Shown: positions 56,555 to 64,000 of the stretch, one piece after another
How positions within the stretch are numbered: the first letter of the stretch is position 1
Layout: every line of letters starts with the position of its first letter
Assembly (NCBI GenBank): GCA_951828235.1
Contig: OX639965.1
Span: 2,245,556 to 2,309,555 of the forward strand
DNA: 64,000 nucleotides
Direction: 5' to 3'
Origin: an uncultured Gammaproteobacteria bacterium
GTDB taxonomy: Bacteria; Pseudomonadota; Gammaproteobacteria; Steroidobacterales; Foliamicaceae
The notes under the pieces: model-generated
Database searches by the model: none
What the model saw: the letters and a program-made list of their open reading frames with translations, nothing else
What the model was told of the DNA's origin: nothing
Position numbers and translations under genes: made by a program

Positions 56555-57955
56555 TCAGCCCGTCGGCCAGCGCGGGTGGTGCAGGTCGATCACGTAGTCG
56601 TGCGAGTGCCGCTTGGGATCGTGGCGGTGCGGATGGCTGTGCGGTTCCTCGCCTTCGCCGCCTTCGTGGGCGTGCTGGTGATGTCGGTCGTGGAAGTGCT
56701 TGTGGGTGTGCTCCACCGCCTCGTGCTCGTGCAGGACTTCCTCGTGGTCCTCGCGTGGCCAGAGCCGGGCGCCCGCTGCCGCCAGCACGATGCAGATCAG
56801 TCCCAGGATCAGGCCTGCCGTGGAGAGTCCCAGCGTCGTTCCCAGCCATCCCGCCAGCGGATAGCCGACCAGCCAGGCGCAATGCGACAGCGAAAAGTGA
56901 GCCGAGAAGTACGCCGGCAAATCGGCCGGGCTGGAGGAGCGGTTGATTACCCGGCCCGAGGGTGTGTAGACCCAGGAGCCGCCCGCTCCCATGACCGCCC
57001 ACAGCACGAGTACCGGTATGAGTCCTGGGGACAGGATCATGAACAGGGCCGCCGAACCCGCCAGCAATGCGCCGCGTGAGATTAGCTGACGGCTCTTGAT
57101 GCGGCTCAGGATCAAGGGGGTGGTCAGGGCCGCGGCCATGGAACCGGCGCCGTAGGCCAGCATGGTCACGGCTACCAGGAATTCCGCGCCGCCCAGTTCG
57201 GTGCGCACGTAGTCGACGTTGTTCACCAGCACCGCGCCGCTGACCATGGCGGCGCCAAAATAGAGCACCAGCAGCGCCCGCAGCCTGGGCGTGGCCATGT
57301 AGGAACGCAAGCCGAAGGTCACGTCGTCCAGCACCCGCCCGGTGCGCTCCACAGGGGCGATGGCGGGAAGCCGAGTGACGATGATCAGCAGCGCCGAGAT
57401 CAGGAACGCGGCGGAATTCAGCTCGAACAGCAGCTCGAAGCCGCCTCCGGCGGCCATCAGCGTAATCGCCAGCATCATGCTGCCGACCGTTTCCAGATCG
57501 TAGGCCATACGGGTCCAGGAAAGCGCCCGGGTGTACGTGGCATTGTCGGGCAGGACGGTCGGAATGATGGCCTGGAACACTGGCTTGAACGCCGCCGACA
57601 ACCCCTGCACGGCGAAGATGAGCAGGTAGATTTGCCATTCCGTGGTGACGAAGGGCAGCAGCAATACGAGGCCCGCCCGTATGACGTCGCTCGTCACCAG
57701 GATGGACTTGCGCGATGTGCGATGCGCCAGGCCGCCGCAGATCGGCGCCAGGAAAACGTAAGCGATCATCTTGATCGACAGGGCCGTGGCCAGCACCGGC
57801 GCCGCCTGGCCGCCGGTCAGCCGGTAGGCCAGCAGCTGCAGGCCGACGGTGCTCAGGCCCGTTCCCACCAGCGCGATGACCTGGGCCGCGAACAGCCGCC
57901 GGAAAGCCGCGTAGCGGAACGGGTTGTCCTGCATGGGCAGCGCGCTCTTGTTCAT
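56555..57955 (-). CDS. MFS transporter (EntS/MFS_3-like) with a His-rich cytoplasmic tail
   Basis: FRRLFAAQVIALVGTGLSTVGL plus about 12 TM segments. The last 66 residues contain 19 His (HEEVLHEHEAVEHTHKHFHDRHHQHAHEGGEGEEPHSHPHRHDPKRHSHDYVIDLHH). The ATG overlaps the stop of the upstream acyl-CoA synthetase (ATGA). Confidence 0.8.
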   Translation of the reverse strand: MNKSALPMQDNPFRYAAFRRLFAAQVIALVGTGLSTVGLQLLAYRLTGGQAAPVLATALSIKMIAYVFLAPICGGLAHRTSRKSILVTSDVIRAGLVLLLPFVTTEWQIYLLIFAVQGLSAAFKPVFQAIIPTVLPDNATYTRALSWTRMAYDLETVGSMMLAITLMAAGGGFELLFELNSAAFLISALLIIVTRLPAIAPVERTGRVLDDVTFGLRSYMATPRLRALLVLYFGAAMVSGAVLVNNVDYVRTELGGAEFLVAVTMLAYGAGSMAAALTTPLILSRIKSRQLISRGALLAGSAALFMILSPGLIPVLVLWAVMGAGGSWVYTPSGRVINRSSSPADLPAYFSAHFSLSHCAWLVGYPLAGWLGTTLGLSTAGLILGLICIVLAAAGARLWPREDHEEVLHEHEAVEHTHKHFHDRHHQHAHEGGEGEEPHSHPHRHDPKRHSHDYVIDLHHPRWPTG

Positions 57956-59472
57956 CCCTCGGAGCCCGCATAGAGCCGGCGCAGTTCCGTTTTCTGGAGC
58001 TTGCCCTGCGGGCTGATCGGCAATTCGCTCACGATCTTCACCTGTTTGGGAATCTTATAGCGCGCCAGGTTGGCCCGGCATTGTTCCAGGACTTCCCCGG
58101 CGGTCACCCGCCTGCCCTTGCGCGGCAGGACCAGCGCCATCCCGACCTCGCCCCACTTGGAATCCGGCACGCCGATCACGCCCGCCATGCTGACCGCCGG
58201 CATCTTCACGATCACGTTCTCGATCTCGGTCGGATAGACGTTCTCGCCGCCGGAAATGAACATGTCCTTGATCCGGTCCACCATGAAAAGCGTTCCGTCC
58301 TCGTCCATGCGGGCCCCGTCGCCGGTCCGAAACCAGCTGTTGACCCGGGACGCGGCCGTGAGCTCCGGATCGCGCCAGTATCCCGGCGTTACGCCCGGAC
58401 CCCGCAGCTGAATCTCGCCCACCTCGCCGGGAGGCAGCTCCTTGCCCTGGTCGTCGCCGACCTGCAGCTCCACGTGCATCATCGGCTGGCCCGCCGAACC
58501 CAGCATCTCGCGGGCGCGGTGGGGCGGCGTCAGCGTGACGCTGAAACACTCGGTCAGCCCGTAGGACTGGGCCAGGGCCACGCCCTTCGCTTCCCAGGTT
58601 CGCAGCAGTTGCATGGATACGGGAGCGCTGCCCACGCCCAGGCAAACCAGCGTCGGAAACCTGGCGCTTTCGAATTCCGGCAGCTCGCTCATCATCAGGT
58701 AATGCGTGGGCACGCCGATGCAATGCGTAATCCCCATTTCGGCATCGACCAGGTAGCTCAGGCATTTCTCCGCGTCCCAGCGCGGCATCACATAAAGGCA
58801 TCCCCCGTAGTGGAACAGCGGTGTGCCCGCCCCGTTCAAACCGGCGGTATGAAACAGCGGGGCGTAAGTCAGGCTTACGGAATCCCGCGACATGCCGGCG
58901 TGCAATGCAGCGCACAGCACCGTGTTGTGGGTCATGCGGTAGTTGTATGCCACGCCCTTGGGCCTGCCGGTGGTCCCGGAGGTGTACAGGAGACAGTTGA
59001 GATCATCGCCGGCGAGTTCCGGCATGACCGTCTCCGAGCCGTGGCCGGCAATCAGTTTCTCGTAATCCGAATTGCTGCCGGCGCGGCGGATGAGCATCGC
59101 CCCTTGTTCCCAGCCTTCCGCCAGCGAGGCGTATTCCTCGTCGCAGAACAGCACCTTCGGCTCGCCGTGCGCGAGCAGGGCGGCAATTTCCACCGGGTGC
59201 AGCCGCCAGTTCAGCGGCACGAAGATCGCGCCCAGCTTCCAGCAGGCAAACATGAGTTCGTAGAAATCGGTGCTGTTGGCGGCGATGATGGCCACGCGGT
59301 CGCCTTTGCCCACGTCGTGCTCCGCGGCCAGACCGGTAGCAAGCCGCGCACTGCGGTCGTTGATTTGCGTGTACGTGAAGCGCCGGCCGGTTCCCAGGTC
59401 CACGCAGGCCGGCAAATCGCCGTTGTAGCGGGCGTGGTAGGCCAGCCAGTCGTAGACCCTGTCGCTGCTCAA
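57952..59472 (-). CDS. AMP-dependent acyl-CoA synthetase/ligase
   Basis: LLYTSGTTGRPKGV (AMP-binding motif), YGLTEC, WFRTGDGARMDEDG and ISGGENVYPTEIE, with C-terminal lysine PQGKLQK. Confidence 0.9.
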   Translation of the reverse strand: MSSDRVYDWLAYHARYNGDLPACVDLGTGRRFTYTQINDRSARLATGLAAEHDVGKGDRVAIIAANSTDFYELMFACWKLGAIFVPLNWRLHPVEIAALLAHGEPKVLFCDEEYASLAEGWEQGAMLIRRAGSNSDYEKLIAGHGSETVMPELAGDDLNCLLYTSGTTGRPKGVAYNYRMTHNTVLCAALHAGMSRDSVSLTYAPLFHTAGLNGAGTPLFHYGGCLYVMPRWDAEKCLSYLVDAEMGITHCIGVPTHYLMMSELPEFESARFPTLVCLGVGSAPVSMQLLRTWEAKGVALAQSYGLTECFSVTLTPPHRAREMLGSAGQPMMHVELQVGDDQGKELPPGEVGEIQLRGPGVTPGYWRDPELTAASRVNSWFRTGDGARMDEDGTLFMVDRIKDMFISGGENVYPTEIENVIVKMPAVSMAGVIGVPDSKWGEVGMALVLPRKGRRVTAGEVLEQCRANLARYKIPKQVKIVSELPISPQGKLQKTELRRLYAGSEG

Positions 59473-59571
59473 TTGGCGCTCCTCATGCGCTGGCTAACCC
59501 CTGCCCGTGGAAAGAGAGGGTAAATTGCATTAGGCTGCCCCTTTACGCAAGTGCCGACGGGAGGATTGTTC

Positions 59572-61068
59572 ATGGCATACGAGGATTTTCGGGCCTTCCT
59601 TGATCTGCTGGAGGAGCGCGGCGACTTGCGCCGCATCACGGAACCGCTGTCCGCGGCGCTGAACGAATCCGATCTGCAGCCGCTTATGGCGCTTCTGCAC
59701 AGCGGCGCCAACCGCGCCCTGATCCTGGAGAACCTGATCGGCTACAACACGCCGGACGTTCCCGTCGCATTCAATCCCTACGGCTCGCGCGAACGCACCG
59801 CGCTGTGTATCGACGAGGAGGACGTGCTCGAAGCCAAGCGCAAGCTGGCCCGCGTGCTGGCGGACCCCGCAGGCTGGCACAAGCCGGTGATGGTGGACCG
59901 TGAGAAAGCACCCTGCAAGGACGTGGTGATTCCCGAGGAAGAAGTGTCGCTGGGTAAGAACATTCCGCACGTGTGGTTCGGAAAGGAGGGGCCGGCCTAC
60001 ATCACCAACGGCATCGCGATCACAAAGGACCCGGAGACCGGCGCCCGCAACGTGGGCTGGTACCGCCATACCCAGCTCTGGAACGCCCAGCATCCGGCCG
60101 GCGGCGAGTATTCGCAGCACAACCAGGACCGCTCCCTGGCGGTCTTCGTGTACTGGAACCCGCCGATGAACCACGGCGGCCTGCACCTGGCCAAGGCCAT
60201 AGCCGCCGGCAAGACCCTGGAAATCGCGATTGCCTGCAACTGCGACCCGGCGGTGCACCTGGCGTCGGCCACCGGCCTGCCGTTCGGCCAGGACGAGTAC
60301 GACTTTGCCGGCGGTTTGCGCGGGGCGCCGGTCAAGCTGGTGAAGTGCGACACGGTGGACATCGAAGTGCCCGCCTCCGCCGAATACGTGCTGGAAGGCG
60401 AGTTCCTCCCTGGCCAGCAGGAGCAGATCGGCTGGCACTCCAATCCGCTCGGCTATTACGACAAGGTGCAGGTGTTCCCGCTGATGCAGGTCAACCACAT
60501 CACCCATCGAAGGAACCCTATCTGGCACTCCACCATGGAGATGGTGCCGCCGTTCGATCACAACTACCTGGCGTTGCTGCCGGTGGAAGGCGAAGTCTTA
60601 AGCGACCTGGGGCGCAAGATTCCCGAGGTCAAGGATGTGGTGGTAACGCCCAACATGACCTATATCGTGCAACTGAGCGTGGACGGCGCCACCAAGCCGC
60701 ACTCGGAATTCGGCAAGTACGTGCTGCACGCCGTGTGGGGCGCGGCCGGGCGTTGGGGGCGCACCGCCAAGCTGGTAATCGTGGTGGGCCCGGACGTCGA
60801 TCCGTACGATCTGAAATCGGTGGAATGGGCGATCATGACCCGGGTGCAGCCGGTCTCGGACATCATCATGAACCCCTCCGGCCAGGCCTTCGTGCTGGAT
60901 CCCTCGGCGCCGAAGTCGGCCCAGGGCGTGCCGGTGCAGTCCGAGCAGATGGGCATCGACGCCACGGTGAAGATTCCGGAACGGTTCACGGACTACCCGG
61001 AGGTCAGCCAGGCCGATCCCGCGGACGTGGCGGCGCTGGCCGAGCGGCTGGGCGACGCCGTCGACTAG
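59572..61068 (+). CDS. UbiD-family (prFMN-dependent decarboxylase-like) protein, atypical active-site motif
   Basis: Collinear with E. coli UbiD as I remember it: DFRAFLDLLEERGDLRRI, NVGWYRH, EYDFAGGLRGAPVKLVKC, VPASAEYVLEG, HITHRRNPIWHST, WAIMTRVQP, MGIDAT. GGGAGGA RBS precedes ATG 59572. Confidence 0.85.
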   Translation: MAYEDFRAFLDLLEERGDLRRITEPLSAALNESDLQPLMALLHSGANRALILENLIGYNTPDVPVAFNPYGSRERTALCIDEEDVLEAKRKLARVLADPAGWHKPVMVDREKAPCKDVVIPEEEVSLGKNIPHVWFGKEGPAYITNGIAITKDPETGARNVGWYRHTQLWNAQHPAGGEYSQHNQDRSLAVFVYWNPPMNHGGLHLAKAIAAGKTLEIAIACNCDPAVHLASATGLPFGQDEYDFAGGLRGAPVKLVKCDTVDIEVPASAEYVLEGEFLPGQQEQIGWHSNPLGYYDKVQVFPLMQVNHITHRRNPIWHSTMEMVPPFDHNYLALLPVEGEVLSDLGRKIPEVKDVVVTPNMTYIVQLSVDGATKPHSEFGKYVLHAVWGAAGRWGRTAKLVIVVGPDVDPYDLKSVEWAIMTRVQPVSDIIMNPSGQAFVLDPSAPKSAQGVPVQSEQMGIDATVKIPERFTDYPEVSQADPADVAALAERLGDAVD

Positions 61069-61086
61069 CGTTTACAGGCCCTGACA

Positions 61087-61494
61087 TTGGCGGAGCCGGT
61101 CGATCTTTCGCAGCTTCCGAGGCTGACGAGCCGCGAGGCGGTCGGCGGCGAACTGGTTTCGGTGGACGCCGACGCCGGCGCCGTCACGGCACGCTACAGG
61201 CCTCCGCCGGAATTGGCCAACCCGATCGGTTCGCTGCAGGGCGGCTTTGCGCTGGCCATTCTGGACGATGTCAGCGGCTCCACCACCTGGTTCGGCGGAG
61301 GCGGACGTCCGTTCACCACGGCGCAGATATCCGCCAATTTCCTCAAGGCCGTGCCCATGGGCGAACCACTCGTGGGTGAGGGCCGGATCGTGCACAACGG
61401 GCGCCGCCAGTGTGTGGTCGAGGCGGAGCTGAAGCGCGAGAAGGACGGCGCCGTGCTGGTCCGTGCCACGGTGATGAACGTATACCTCAAATAG
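61087..61494 (+). CDS. PaaI/hotdog-fold thioesterase
   Basis: NPIGSLQGGFALAILDDVSG and GRIVHNGRRQCVVEAEL are typical of the PaaI/4HBT-II family. TTG start. Confidence 0.75.
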   Translation: MAEPVDLSQLPRLTSREAVGGELVSVDADAGAVTARYRPPPELANPIGSLQGGFALAILDDVSGSTTWFGGGGRPFTTAQISANFLKAVPMGEPLVGEGRIVHNGRRQCVVEAELKREKDGAVLVRATVMNVYLK

Positions 61495-61518
61495 GGGACG
61501 GCGCCCCTCCTTGAGCTG

Positions 61519-62379
61519 ATGGTGGACATGAAAAACCTCACCGCACCTGCCCAGGCGGTGCGCGCGGACGTGCGCCGGGCGCTGCGCGAAGACTTGGGCG
61601 CCGGCGACGTGTCAGCCGATTTGCTGCCCGGCGATTCTCATGCAGCGGCGGTGGTCGTGGTGCGTGAAGAGTGCGTGCTGTGCGGACGCGACTGGTTCGA
61701 GGAGGCGTTTCGCGCCTGCGACGAGCGCATCGTCGTGCGCTGGCGGGTTGCCGAGGGCGCGGTCACGGCGGCGGGCGAGTCCGTCTGCGAGCTTGAGGGA
61801 CCGGTGCGGGGACTGCTGAGCGGCGAACGGTCGGCCCTGAATTTTCTGCAGATGCTGTCGGCCGTAGCGACGCATACGCGCGCCATGGTGAAGGCGCTGG
61901 AAGGCTCTCGAGCGGTCCTCCTGGATACCCGCAAGACGCTGCCCGGTCTGCGCGCGGCGCAGAAATACGCGGTGCGCGTGGGCGGCGGAAGCAATCACCG
62001 CATGGGCCTGTACGACGCCGTATTGCTGAAGGAAAACCATATCGCAGCCGCGGGAAGTGTTCGTGCAGCGCTCAAGGCCGCCTCGGGCATCGAGGCGGCC
62101 CTCCCGATCACGGTGGAAGTGCAGGACCTCGAGGAGTTTGCCGAGGCCTTGGACGCCGGTGCACGGTGGGTAATGCTGGACAACTTCACCCTGGATCAAT
62201 TGGCTGCGGCCGTCAGCGCACGCGACCGCCGGGGGTTGGAAGTGTCATTGGAAGCTTCAGGCGGAATCGGGCCGGAAAACGTTGCCGAAGTCGCCGCCAC
62301 CGGCGTGGACCGTATCTCCTGCGGCGCCCTGACCAAAAACATCAGGGCGTGCGATTTCTCCATGCGGATCACGGCCTGA
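61519..62379 (+). CDS. nadC: Nicotinate-nucleotide diphosphorylase (quinolinate phosphoribosyltransferase)
   Basis: ERSALNFLQMLSAVAT, LLDTRKTLPGLRAAQKYAVRVGGGSNHRMGLYDAVLLKENHI and LEASGGI. Confidence 0.92.
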   Translation: MVDMKNLTAPAQAVRADVRRALREDLGAGDVSADLLPGDSHAAAVVVVREECVLCGRDWFEEAFRACDERIVVRWRVAEGAVTAAGESVCELEGPVRGLLSGERSALNFLQMLSAVATHTRAMVKALEGSRAVLLDTRKTLPGLRAAQKYAVRVGGGSNHRMGLYDAVLLKENHIAAAGSVRAALKAASGIEAALPITVEVQDLEEFAEALDAGARWVMLDNFTLDQLAAAVSARDRRGLEVSLEASGGIGPENVAEVAATGVDRISCGALTKNIRACDFSMRITA

Positions 62380-62463
62380 CTCCGGAAACAGGACCTCGCC
62401 CCGCCATAGTCGCTGGATTCCTATAGAATCGGAAGCCAATCCTGCGTCTTCAAGGTTGCCTGC

Positions 62464-62892
62464 ATGTCCTGGTGGTTGTGGATCGTTTTCGGCGTGGTTC
62501 TGCTGGTGGCCGAGGTTTCCATAGACGCGGCCTTCTGGCTGCTTTTCATCGGATTGAGCGCCGTCCTGGTGGGACTCGGCGGCTTTTTCGGCCTGACTGG
62601 CGACCCGGTGGCGCAATGGCTCTTGTTTGCCGGCCTTTCGCTTGTGCTTCTGTATTTCTTCCGGGGCCGCTTGCGGGCCGCTGCCATGCGCCGCCAGGGC
62701 GCACCGGTCGATGCGGTAGTCGGGGAAGACGCCATTGCGGTATCGGCCATGGCCGCAGGCGCCCTGGGCAAGGCAACGCTGCGCGGCGCCGAATGGGATG
62801 CCCGCAACGTCGGTTCATCGGAAATACCCCGGGGTGCGCGGGTGCGCGTCGCGCGCGTCAATCAACTGGTTCTTGAACTGAAGCAGGACTAG
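62464..62892 (+). CDS. NfeD-family membrane protein
   Basis: Three N-terminal TM segments plus a C-terminal OB-like domain (GKATLRGAEWDARN...ARVRVARV). Immediately upstream of an SPFH gene, the usual pairing. Confidence 0.8.
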   Translation: MSWWLWIVFGVVLLVAEVSIDAAFWLLFIGLSAVLVGLGGFFGLTGDPVAQWLLFAGLSLVLLYFFRGRLRAAAMRRQGAPVDAVVGEDAIAVSAMAAGALGKATLRGAEWDARNVGSSEIPRGARVRVARVNQLVLELKQD

Positions 62893-62943
62893 CGGCTGGA
62901 CACTACACTAGCCTCGGCATACGCAAACTTCGAGCCCTGATTT

Positions 62944-63888
62944 ATGGAAACAACAACGATTTTCAGCTTGATCGTGGCTGGCGCCGTGGCCATCCTGATC
63001 ATCGTAGTCATCGCCAGGACTGCCGTGGTGGTGCCGCAACAGTCCGCCTACGTGGTGGAAACCCTCGGGCGCTACAGCAACACGATGCGGGCGGGATTTC
63101 ACATTCTCATCCCTTTCATTCAGCGAGTGGCCTACAGACACACGCTCAAGGAGCAGGCGGTCGATATACCGGAGCAGATCTGCATTACCCGCGACAATGT
63201 GCAGGTGGGCGTGGACGGCGTGCTGTATCTGCAGGTTCTTGAGGCCAGGGACGCCTCCTACGGGATTACCGACTACCTGTTCGCCATCTCGCAACTGGCC
63301 CAGACCACCTTGCGGAGCGAGGTCGGAAAACTCGACCTGGACCGCACCTTCGAGGAACGGGCCGCAATCAATTCCTCGGTCGTTTCGGAACTGGACAAGG
63401 CCACCAGCGCGTGGGGGATCAAGGTTCTCCGTTACGAGATCAAGAACATCAATCCTCCCAGAGACGTGCTGGCCGCAATGGAAAAGCAGATGCGGGCCGA
63501 GCGTGAGAAACGCGCCGTGGTGCTGACATCCGAAGGCGAGCGGGATGCGCAGATCAATAACGCCGAAGGCGACAAGCAGCGCGTCATCAAGGAGTCGGAG
63601 GCGGCCAAGCAGAAGCAGATCAACGAGGCCGAAGGCGAGGCAGAGGCGATTCTGGCTGTTGCCACAGCCACCGCCGAGGGTTTGCGGCGAGTGGCCGAAG
63701 CGGTACACGCAGAGGGAGGCGAAAGCGCCATGCGCCTGCGCGTCGCCGAGCAGTACGTGGAGCAGTTCGGACGGCTGGGCCAGGAGGGCAACACATTCGT
63801 CGTGCCCGCAGACATGGGCAATATGGCCTCGATGTTCACGCTCGCAACCTCCATCCTCAAGGGCAGCGGCAAGCAGGACGAAAATTAG
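62944..63888 (+). CDS. SPFH/band-7 (stomatin/paraslipin-like) protein
   Basis: VVVPQQSAYVVETLGRY, GFHILIPFI, ITRDNVQVGVDGVLYLQV, IKVLRYEIKNINPP and AEREKRA. Confidence 0.9.
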   Translation: METTTIFSLIVAGAVAILIIVVIARTAVVVPQQSAYVVETLGRYSNTMRAGFHILIPFIQRVAYRHTLKEQAVDIPEQICITRDNVQVGVDGVLYLQVLEARDASYGITDYLFAISQLAQTTLRSEVGKLDLDRTFEERAAINSSVVSELDKATSAWGIKVLRYEIKNINPPRDVLAAMEKQMRAEREKRAVVLTSEGERDAQINNAEGDKQRVIKESEAAKQKQINEAEGEAEAILAVATATAEGLRRVAEAVHAEGGESAMRLRVAEQYVEQFGRLGQEGNTFVVPADMGNMASMFTLATSILKGSGKQDEN

Positions 63889-64000
63889 CCGGTCTTGCCG
63901 GCCGCGCGCGCCACCAGGCGCAAGCGGACATTCGCGGGTGTTGAGGTGCGAGCGTAATCGCGTGGACTACATTGATCTTGGATTACCGGTTGCCGCAGAT

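Noticed and set aside
56555-57955. Calling the His-tailed MFS protein an NreB-type nickel resistance permease.
   Set aside because: Only the His-rich tail supports that call. The N-terminal sequence looks more like EntS/MFS_3, and the gene is coupled to an acyl-CoA synthetase. I left it as a generic MFS and listed it as a finding to test.
63888-63902. GCCGG-TCTTG-CCGGC hairpin after the SPFH gene as a terminator.
   Set aside because: It has only a 5-bp stem, overlaps the stop codon, and has no U-tract. That is too weak to call.

Overview
GC-rich proteobacterial chromosomal window. The gene order ispB | rplU-rpmA-obg | rpsT | murJ-ribF-ileS-lspA | fimT-pilV-pilW-pilX-pilE looks gammaproteobacterial, possibly Xanthomonadales/Nevskiales-like, but the taxon is inference only. 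I call about 58 protein-coding genes, 2 tRNAs (Pro-CGG, Thr-CGU), one decayed IS4-family element with an intact target duplication, two remnants of one large DNA methyltransferase gene, and a family of short GC-rich hairpin repeats at gene ends. I saw no rRNA and no CRISPR array. Core content: two TonB-dependent receptors, one followed by an S9 peptidase; a small-subunit/large-subunit Na+:solute symporter next to a porin; a four-gene, translationally coupled propionyl-CoA to succinyl-CoA operon; ribosomal protein genes; a minor-pilin operon; quinone and flavin oxidoreductases; NadC; and an NfeD/SPFH pair. Items most worth a second look: (1) a MeaB-like GTPase fused in frame to methylmalonyl-CoA epimerase; (2) a lower-GC islet at 7.3-12.2 kb carrying AbiE, PIN and AbrB-like modules, in which a decayed methyltransferase gene has had its middle replaced by an opposite-strand, signal-peptide-bearing ankyrin protein with a large unassigned C-terminal region; (3) a UbiD-family protein whose canonical acidic catalytic motif is not recognisable, clustered with a thioesterase and an acyl-CoA synthetase that is start/stop-coupled to an MFS transporter with a very His-rich tail; (4) a flavin-reductase/PCP_red-like domain fusion; (5) a minor-pilin operon without pilY1. 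I cannot point to one clearly new multi-gene system. The candidates above are hypotheses. All functional calls come from reading motifs in the supplied ORF translations and the DNA by eye; no database search or computation was run.
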